DNA of 64,000 bases from Paramecium tetraurelia (Eukaryota). The DNA is taken from NCBI GenBank assembly GCA_000165425.1, contig CT867997.1:496001-560000 (forward strand), written 5' to 3'. A model generated the notes under the pieces. That model was given only the letters and a program-made list of their open reading frames with translations, had not been told where the DNA came from and made no database searches. The translations under genes were made by a program, and so were the position numbers. Positions 54,700-64,000 of this stretch are shown one piece after another (the first letter of the stretch is position 1; each line of letters starts with the position of its first letter).

Positions 54700-55910
54700 A
54701 TGCAAGACATTCGCTAAATGAGGTAAAAATATGAAACCTTAAAACAATCGAATCCTAACACTCCCAAGAAATGCCTCACTCCTTCCATATCAGCTCAATA
54801 TGTTAAAACTAGTCCAGGTTTATAGATGACTCCTCCCTCGAATCCAAAACTTAAGAAAGTTTGCAATAATTGTCTGAATCGATCACTCATGAGACAGAAG
54901 GAGTGCAGAGTGTAATAGGAACGATAGGAAGATCAGGTAATTATAATCTCATTGATCAATTAGAAATTGTACTAATAAGTCAAATAATCGATAGATCAAG
55001 AAAATCAATATAGGGATTAGTTGGCTGAAGAAAATAGAAGGAAATTCTTCACTTATCACAAGATTAATGGGGATTTAATACAATAGCATCAATAGAGAGT
55101 TAAAACTGAATAATCTAATGAGAAAGCCGAAGTAGCTAACTTCTTCAAATAGTTAGAAAGGGATGAATATCTTCACAAGATTAAGAAATAAGAAAAGAAG
55201 GAATTATTGCAATAATATTATCTGAGAGATCTTAAAAATTAAATATCATTTAAGGAAGAAGAAAAGTTTCAATAAAAGTTATAAAACAACAAATCTGACA
55301 TCATAGAGTCTTAGTATTGGACCTAATTGGAGAGTGAGCAAATTCATAGTCAATAAATTAAAGCCCAATAGTAACGGTAGATGATAAACTATTGGAAATA
55401 CACATTAGGGGAAAAACAGAAATTGAAACAGGAACAGGAAGAAATGAATAAAATGGAATAGGAACAACTCAAGTATGTACAAAAAAGCAATGAGAAATTG
55501 AATAAAGCAGCTGAATTAGCAAAAAAGCAATAGATGGAACAATTCAAATAAGAAATCTAATATCAAGTTAAAATTAATGAATAAAAAAGAAAAGATGAGG
55601 AAAACAAAAAATAACAGGAATATTACACTATGATTTAATACAAACAATAAGAAGAATAACGTGAAAAATAAAAGTAACTGGATAAATCCATGGAGAAATA
55701 GGCCCTTATTAAAGAGATTGAGTAGTAGATTATTTTTAAGGTAAATATCCTTTAGTAATGTAGTAAAAAGTATAGAAAGAGCAAAAGGAAAAAGAGTTGA
55801 GTCAAAGCGAAAAGAAATTATTGATTTAGGAAGTTCCTATAAAATTGGTCTGCTGTGATGAATGCAAACATACTTGTCCATCAAAAGTTATTACTAATAT
55901 ATTATAATGA
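54700..55910 (+). CDS. Coiled-coil protein flanked by CxxC motifs (CCDC81-like, possibly ciliary)
   Basis: VCNNCLNRSLM, then a long E/Q/K/R coiled coil, then LVCCDECKHTCP. Two short introns. Confidence 0.7.
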
Positions 55911-55926
55911 TAATAATTTTAAATTA

Positions 55927-58900
55927 ATGTAATTGGATGAGAGTAATAAAACAAAGAAAAATGAGTAGTCCATCCTTAAAGAAACCTCCAAAAACAGAAA
56001 TGTAATTACCCATAATTATCATGCAAGATAGTTTCTAAATTACAAGGAAATCCTGCACGATTATAGGGATTGAAAGATAGTTTCAAATACTTTACATTGT
56101 TAAAAAAGAATCAATATTTGGAAAGAAAACAATATAGAGTTAGCAGAGATGAGACATTGGTTTGTTCCTGCATAATGTGTCCTGAAGATCAAATATAAAG
56201 GTACATTAAATCGTAAAAATAGTCGACCTTAAGGTCCATAATATTCGTATAATTGCGGTGAGAGATGCTTGAATAGATTCACTTGCACAGAATGTGATGT
56301 AGAGTTGTGTCCATGCGCAGAACAATGCAAAAACAGAAGATTTTAGAAACATGATGATGCATGTGTATATCCATTACGTTGCGGAGGAAAAGGGATGGGT
56401 TTGTTTGCTGGCGAACGTATTTTGAAAGGACAATTCATAATGCAATATGTTGGCGAGATATTTCAAATAAATAGTGCATTTGGGAGAAGACGAGTGCAGG
56501 AATATTCGGTTTGAATTGTGTGTTTATTTTAGAAATCTACATGCACTTATTTAATGAAACTCAACAATTAAGAAGTTATTGATCCAACATCGAAAGGGAA
56601 TCTAGCAAGATTTATAAATCACTCTTGTGAGCCAAATTGTATTACTGAGAAATGGAATGTGTTAGGTGAAGTATGTATAGGTATATTTGCCATACGAGAC
56701 ATAAATGAGGATGAAGAATTGACCTTTGATTATTAATTTGACGTATTTCATACACCCTTGACTAAATGTCTCTGTGGAGCTAATAAATGCAAGGGATACT
56801 TGGGATTGAAGCCAACTGATGTTACATAAGAAGAGTGGGAAGAACATCTGGAAAATATGGTATGCAAAATATGTCAAACTAAAACACCATAAGATGATGA
56901 ATAACTATTGTTATGTGATAAATGCAATTGTGGATTCCATTTATTATGTCTTGTACCTCCATTGTCATCAGTACCAAAAGATGCTTGGTATTGTTAGGAA
57001 TGCTAGGATGAGAAAAGAATATTGGCTGAATCTGAAAAAGAGAAAGAAAAAATAGAAGGCTTATTGTAGTAGAAAGTTAAATAGTTGAATAATGAGAAAA
57101 AGAATAAGAAAAAGATGGATTCATCATCTTCTTCAAGTGATTCTGATAGTGAATATGATAACAGATATAAGATGATGAAATCTTTAGAGAAATAAACAGT
57201 CAGAGAATATTTATAATAGAAATAACATTAATAATAATAAATTAATAAATTAGAGGAAGATGTCAATTATAATAAAAAAGAAGATTTGGATACTAATACT
57301 TCAGATTTACCTCTGACTTCAAAGGGCATCAAATCTACAGGCACTTCATTAAACAACTTAGATCAATTTGTTAAACAGTCCTTTGAATTTTAATCACAGA
57401 ACAGTGGTAAACTATAGTAGATGCAATCTATTGTTGATGTAGCCTAAAAAAAGTTTGAAGAACAGTATAATGATAATAATGAATTGCAATAATAAATAGA
57501 ATAGATTCAAGTGTAAAATATCTAAAATATTGATACTAAAAAGGAATGTTTTAAAATCAATATTCTTGAATAGAAAGTAGTCAAAAAGAATGCTCCATTA
57601 ATTTATAAGATTGGAAACAAAATCAGTTTTGAATAAATAGATCAATAATATGCAGATTTCTTCAAGAAGGAGAACAACTTGACTGTCATTGGTTCTGTCT
57701 AATAGATAAGTATCTTCAGATCAATCCTAATCATGATTGAATAAATTATCAAAGAGCTGAAGAAAGAACTCGGAATCATAGAAGGGTAGATTAAAGTACC
57801 CATTATCTATTTAAAAAGATTAATAATGAAATTGTAATTATTTAATTCTAATTCTTAATAGCAACAGTTTAGATAAAAAACAAGAAGTTAACATCATATA
57901 TAATAAATCATTAGCTCATAGTGAAGAGATATTTCCAATGGACAAAGCTACTCCAATTAAAATTAAGGGGTCTAAATAGAACATCGAATCAACTGTCCAA
58001 GAGATATCAAAAATCTTAAAAACATTATGTGTTTAAAGACTGTATATAAGTAGAAGTGAAACTAAGACTGTTTAGCAAAACATGTATCATCTAAAATAAC
58101 ATGCTGAGATCCGTATATCGAGAGATTCCGTTTACAATGCAAAAGGCGAACAAACTTAGAGAGATATCAATCATCCATTCTTTTACATATAGTATAGGGA
58201 GAAGGAAGTCTGTTTGATTGGAACTCTTTAACAGATTTAAGATACTAGTAATGCTATTAAATTACTTCTGGAATAAGAGACCAATAATGAAAAGGAGATG
58301 ACTTATTTCACTGTTCTCATTTCTCCACAATATAAGGAGCAATGCAAATAGGTTAAATAGAGGATTGAAAAGGATTCTTCTTCTACCAAAGTACTCTTGT
58401 TTGAAGCCTCCCATCCTAGAAAGAATATGACGATATTGATATTGTGTTTAAGAAATCAGATTAAATAAACAAAGCAAATGTTTTTTGAAATGATTTAAGA
58501 GGATTGTCAATTAAAATTGGAATAGTTTTAAGATTAAATGTCTATGTAAATGTGTAGATATGTTTTTAAATACCTTTAAAATACAATGATGACTAATGAT
58601 ATGGCATTTATGAAGAATTGGGATCTTATTACACCATATTTTTATTAATTCAACATTATGAAGTATAGAGAATAGAAATTCGATAATTGGTTTGTTAAAC
58701 GCTGCTATCCATCCTTACTTAGAGATTATGAAACCTAATTGTATATCTAATATTGTTTAGGAAAGGAAATCTAAAAGAATTTAACTGATTAGGAGTAAAT
58801 GTTGAGGAAAAGGAATTTAATCCTATTAACCCGGAAAATTCTAAATGCAATCTTAGGATTTAAAAGACATCAGCCAGAATAAGCACAAATAGATGGAAAC

Positions 58901-59670
58901 TTTTAATAAGATTCATTTAGAAGATATAACAGTTTCTAAGAAGATGACACTCCTAAATTTTAAAATTTGTCTTTAATTTCATTGATATCTCATACATCAT
59001 AATTCAGCAAAAAAAGTGATAGATAAAAGGAAAGTAGTGATAACAGTTCTTCTGATTCAAGCAATAATTAACATTAAAAAAGATAGAGCAGTTCTGAATC
59101 AATGAAAAGTAGAGATTTATCTACTAAATAAAAGCATAAATCTCATCATCATAGATATAACTATAATTAAGAGAGTTCTATTGATAGGTATGATAAATAT
59201 AAATATGAAAAATCACACAATTATGATAAATCGAAGTAGAAATATAAATATTAGAATTATAAATATGAGAGGCCTAGAACTAGTAGAAGATATTATGAAG
59301 ATAATGATCACTCCAGAAATAGGGGGTATAATAAGAGAAGTAATAATCTAAACTAATTTAAGGATCTAGCAGTGAAGGCTCACAAAAATCATAAGATTAC
59401 AGAAGAAAAAGATAGGAATCTGTAGACTCTGATAAATATAAAAATAGTAAGTATTATAGTGGATTTTAATTTGAAAGAAGACATTCCAAGAGTTACAAAT
59501 ATGATTATGAAAGTAGTTTTTTAATTTATTTATTAGAGTCTACAAAAATGCAAGAAAGCAAAGAAAGATCTCGATCAAGACAAAGAAACAAATCAGATAG
59601 TAGCGATGGTTATAGAAGAAGATCTAAATCAACTCATAAATCCAAGAAATACTATAGGAAGTATTAGTGA
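55927..59670 (+). CDS. SET2/ASH1-type histone H3K36 methyltransferase (AWS-SET-postSET) with PHD finger and RS-rich tail
   Basis: [107 protein letters not shown]; tail KERSRSR. Confidence 0.93.
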
Positions 59671-59691
59671 AAATTAAATATATAATTTATT

Positions 59692-60378
59692 ATGGATTAA
59701 GTTAAGCCAAAAGTATTTTTTGTTTTGGGAGGTACATTCTTTTCGATTAATCAATCTAGGACCTGGAGCAGGAAAGGGTACTTAAAGTGCAAAAATGGTC
59801 GAGAGGTATCATTTTGTTCACTTATCTGCAGGTGACTTATTGAGGGAGGAGGTATTAAATAATTGTATTTTAAGAGATCTAAAAAAACACAAAATGCTGA
59901 ATTGATTGAGGAAATCATTAAGAGTGGGTAAATTGTCCCAGTAACTATGATACATAAATTTCTAGAGTCACATAACAATTAGTTTACTAGAATCAGCCAT
60001 GCAAGCTAAGGGTCTTGATAAAATGTTTTTAATTGATGGATTCCCCAGAAATTAAGAGAATTTTGATGTTTGGATTAAATTGATGGGTGATAAGGTGGAA
60101 TTTAAAAAGTTATTTTATTTTGAATGTGATGAGGAGACCTTAAAAAATAGAATTAAAATCAGGGCTTAAGAAAGTGGAAGATCAGATGATAATGATGAAA
60201 CACTTGTTAAAAGATTGAAAACATACAATGAATCTACAAGACCAATTATATGTATACATTTATTATAATATAATTAGAACATTTTGATTCCCTTTCACAA
60301 TGTATCCATATAAAGGCAGACAAACCTATTGAAGAAGTGTTTCAAGAAATTACAAAGAAGTTAGATGAAATCTTATGA
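59692..60378 (+). CDS. CMPK: UMP-CMP kinase (adenylate kinase family)
   Basis: FVLGGPGAGKGTQ, HLSAGDLLR, FLIDGFPRN, GRSDDN. Four tiny introns. Confidence 0.95.
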
Positions 60379-61119
60379 TATTATATTTAGTAATGCAAGA
60401 AGATTTATTTCTAACCATCAAATATAATCCATTTAATCATATTTTAAGTAAAACTAGATCTTATCCATTTAATAAATATTGCTTCTTCTCAATCTCTAAT
60501 AATAATTTTAAACGTCATAATGTTCATTTTATTTACTAAACTTCTAACCATAGAGACCTTAACTTGATTGCCTTATTACTCATATTAATTACGAAATTTA
60601 AGTTTATGAAAGAATTATTTTAAATTATAATCAAATATTTGAAGAATAATTATAGTTTAATGATAGGGAATAATTGTTTATTAGAATTAGAAATTCCTCA
60701 ATTAATAAATATAAATTGAAAAGCTCTCAGCGATTATTTAAAATAAGCTAAAATTACAATTGAATATCCTGTTTTGAAAATGAATTAATTGTATAAGGCA
60801 ATAATTACTTAAGAAGAAATCATTTATGATGCTCTATTAAAACATATTATTATCTTTTGAGACTATGAAAGTTATTATATGAGCGAAAAACAGAAGACAA
60901 GATTATTTTGATTTTTGAAACAAAAGTGTTCTGAAATGAAAAATAGAGAAAATATCTAGTATTAATGTACAGCTTATCTATTTAAATAGATTAAGCTATT
61001 TTTAACATATAACCTGAATTATTGATTTAAATCAATCTTACAGATTTCTAATTTTATTTTAATTATAGATTTGAATTGCAGATTTACATTTAAATTCCTC
61101 TTCATAAAATATTATGATA

Positions 61120-62528
61120 TCATTCAAAGTCTATACTAAATCCAAGATGTTCAATCAAAGTCTTTTATATTTCTTATTTGTCTTTTCCCAAAAAGATTAG
61201 CTTAAATGAATTGCTATAAATTACTTTATCATTCGTCCTTGTAGGTAAGAAAGGCTTTAACATTTTATAAAATCCCATTACAAAACCAGACATATTAATG
61301 ATAAACACCTTATTTTATCTCTCTGGAAAAAACTGTAGCACCATATTCAAAAGGCTTTTGGTCATTTGGAGATCGAAATTGGAAAAGCCAAATCCATCTA
61401 CATCTAAAATGGTAATATAGGAATCTACGAATCCTTTGCAAGATCTACAGACATCCTCTAGAAAACCGATGAAATACCATTTATATCTCTCGAGATCTCT
61501 AAATATTTTAAATGAATAATTACATTTTATCAGGTTACAATTTAGACTGCTTTGTATATACAACTTATCTACCACACTTGCTTTCCCCCACAATATCCAA
61601 GATTCCTTTAAATTCTGGAAATTATTTTGCCGATAAACGATTGATTCTGTGTTGTCTTCTCCATTCCTAAGATTAATAAATATATCATACAATCCAATTC
61701 ATTATGGCTGCATATGAAGCATTGATATCGAATCTAAAATTACAAATTGCTATAATTACACCCTCTTGCAATGAGCCATCTTATCAAAGTATTACTTGAG
61801 AGCTTGTATTCACTTACAATTTAAAATAGTTTATAATAAATATCTTAGTCTTCTTAATCTAACTAAGTTACTCTATCATTTAGTAAGAATATATCATACC
61901 GATAATGTTCATTGATATATTTTTCATCAGTTTCTTTAGGTTAAAATTCATTTGTGTCATTATAGTTGCATACATATTTATTTAATTCTTCCTCATCTTC
62001 ATCTAAACGTAGTTCTGATTAGATCGATTATTTTTCAAATAATTCTGCTACTTGTAAACTTGAGTAATTAATAATGCATTCTCGTAAAAACTTTAAAAAA
62101 CTATAATTTGGTTATGATTTTAGATGTTATAGGATTGTTAAAGTTGTTCTTGATTTTTCTACTTTATAAAACACTAATTGTTAAACCATAATCCAATCAT
62201 CATACTTTCTGTGAATTCCTTAAGTGGATTCATTAATTTTGAAATAGTGATATTTATATTTAAGAGAATATATTTAATTTTTGAATTTGCATCTCTCAAT
62301 TAAGCTTCCATCAGATAACTATTCTTTCCCAATTCTAAAATATTAGACTCTCTCATCCAATGAGGAATTCAGAGGGAGTAGGAAATCAAAAACTATATCA
62401 CCTCTTTAGTAGAAGCTATTTGTTCCTGTATAAAATATTTTCAAATTTGGCAATTATTTAGATTAGATCCAATGCATTTTTTAGCATTATTTGAGAGTCT
62501 AAAGGAATTCCTGTTCTTGTTAATTCAT
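61120..62528 (-). CDS. Sec14/CRAL-TRIO lipid-binding protein with an extra N-terminal domain (START-like)
   Basis: TLIRWLIARGFDINASY..EWRRQH..GESKCGRQVVY..ILDVDGFG..LQFFPERQNKVFIIN..YKMLKPFLPTRTNDK. The frame is continuous back to MNQQEQEFL at 62528 using short introns. Confidence 0.85.
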
Positions 62529-62574
62529 AATTTAAATATATATATAAATTTCGTTTGTTTAATTTATTGAGGGT

Positions 62575-62712
62575 GTGAGTCTTTCGACCCTTCAGAAATT
62601 GGTGAACGACTTCACAAGGAAGTCGTACACTCGCATTGGAGTAGTTTTCAATTAGCAATCTCGCGTATCCGTTGGTACGTCACTTACAGCGATATTGCCC
62701 CTGAATAAGGAT
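62575..62712 (-). ncRNA. U4: U4 spliceosomal snRNA
   Basis: 5' ATCCTTATTCAGGGGCAAT (U6 stem II partner), 5' stem-loop with k-turn GTAAGTGACGT..ACGGATAC, TGCTAATTGAAAAC (stem I), 3' stem-loop ACGACTTC/GAAGTCGT, Sm site AATTTCTG (62600-62593), and terminal GAAA hairpin. Confidence 0.95.
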
Positions 62713-62760
62713 AAATCTCCAACAATTCAAGTTTAATTTATATAATGAAGGCAATTATTT

Positions 62761-62773
62761 AATTTTATGGGTT
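62761..62773 (-). promoter_or_regulatory. snRNA upstream sequence element (AACCCATAAAATT) of U4
   Basis: Lies at -49 to -61 from the U4 5' end and resembles the CCCATAAA-type element described for ciliate snRNA genes. The same 13-mer occurs at 45871-45883. Confidence 0.8.
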
Positions 62774-63534
62774 TCTATTCTCTAATTCATTTAAGTTAAT
62801 TTTAGTAATTATATATAATAAACCTAATATTGGTCATTTTAATGAAGCAGGTGTTTAGTTCCCTTATTGGCAACACACTGCTTAACGTTTCTTATGGCTA
62901 TCCTTTGGAATCCTTAATAGTATACCATAAATCATTCCAATTCAAGTAAATTCCAAATTTTGTTAACAATATCTCTTTCAATGTTAAAGTGATAAATCTA
63001 TAAATCCAAATTAGAATATTTATTAACAAATACAATCAAATCCGTAAACAAGAAGATCCAAATTAATAAAATCTAAAATTGTTGAATTGATTGCATCTAT
63101 TTTCCCCTTGTTTTAAAATCATAATCTCTTATTGCTATATATCATACAATTCTATATACATAATTTCAATAGAATGATGAAAAAATAATTTGAAATTCTA
63201 TTTCAGAATAATGAATAATCAATGATAAATGTTTCTTTAGATTTTGATGGATCATTTCTACAGTTTCATCTAAACCTTATCAATATGAAAAATTTATTAT
63301 AGAATTTCTATTTATGTATATTTAGTTCCAGAACTAATTGTAACTTACACATTCTTATATTTAATTATAAATTGGCATAGCATTAGCTAATTTAAAGATA
63401 AACTAATAATTTTCTGGTATAATATATTTTCTATTTTTCTTTAATTTAAATCTAATTAATTATAATGACTTTGGGCTTTAAGAAGGTTCTGGAAAATGAA
63501 GGAAAAAAATATTATTTTTTTTAAATTATTTCTA

Positions 63535-64000
63535 ATGGAAGTGGAACACAATACAGGAATAGATAGACTTAAATAATAGGCAGAAGATCATAAAAATAGA
63601 GGAAACGATTATTTTAAAAGATCATAATACTCTAATGCTGCAGAGGAATATGAAAAAGCTATTGGTATCAATAATCTTCCTATTTTAGAACTTTGTCCAA
63701 ATGAACCGAATTATTATGGTAATAGGGCTGCTTGTTTCCTTCAAATGAAAAAGTAATTTTTATTAATAATCTATTTAGGTATAAAAAATGTTTAAAGGAC
63801 TGTGAAAAGGCTCTAAGCTTAGACCCCAATAATGCTAAGTTTCTAAGAAGAAAGGCTTTGAGTTTGTAACATTTGGGATTGTTAACAGAGGCCAAGCCTA
63901 TTTTCGGGCAAATTGTTAGTTTAGATAATAGTGAGTAATCCATCAAGGAACATAAACAAATTAACGAATTAATCTATAATCTGTAGTAGACACAACAGAA
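63535..64000 (+). CDS. TPR co-chaperone, DNAJC7-like (3' part outside window)
   Basis: AEDHKNRGNDYFK..YEKAIELCPNEPNYYGNRAAC..CLKDCEKALSLDPNNAK. Two introns. Confidence 0.85.

Noticed and set aside
62458..62658. 66-aa ORF on the minus strand
   Set aside because: It runs through the U4 snRNA and in the wrong frame of the Sec14 gene.

Overview
AT-rich, very gene-dense eukaryotic DNA that reads in the ciliate code (TAA/TAG = Gln, TGA the only stop). It has tiny GT..AG introns (about 20-30 nt) and intergenic gaps as short as 1-35 nt, which fits Paramecium-type macronuclear DNA; the genus is inferred. The supplied ORF track assumes the standard code and no introns, so it fragments or misses almost every gene, and I re-read the genes by hand. 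About 35 protein genes are supported. They include a selenoprotein thioredoxin reductase (GCUG end plus SECIS), a CnoX/YbbN-like protein, glycogen phosphorylase, SAM synthetase, CDPK, MBOAT, Amt, NOP53, NAA50, PEX12, NAA35, COMMD9, a Rab, a SET2-like methyltransferase, UMP-CMP kinase and a Sec14 protein. There is also a KRI1 pseudogene and two ncRNAs: U4 snRNA and a U13/SNORD13-type C/D snoRNA predicted to guide 18S ac4C acetylation. Both ncRNAs carry the identical 13-bp upstream element AACCCATAAAATT at the same offset. Best leads: the SNORD13-like RNA with an snRNA-type promoter, a GC-rich hairpin 6 nt after the TrxR Sec codon, and an Amt lacking all canonical pore residues. Gene ends and introns are hand-derived and family calls come from motif recognition; no database search was run.
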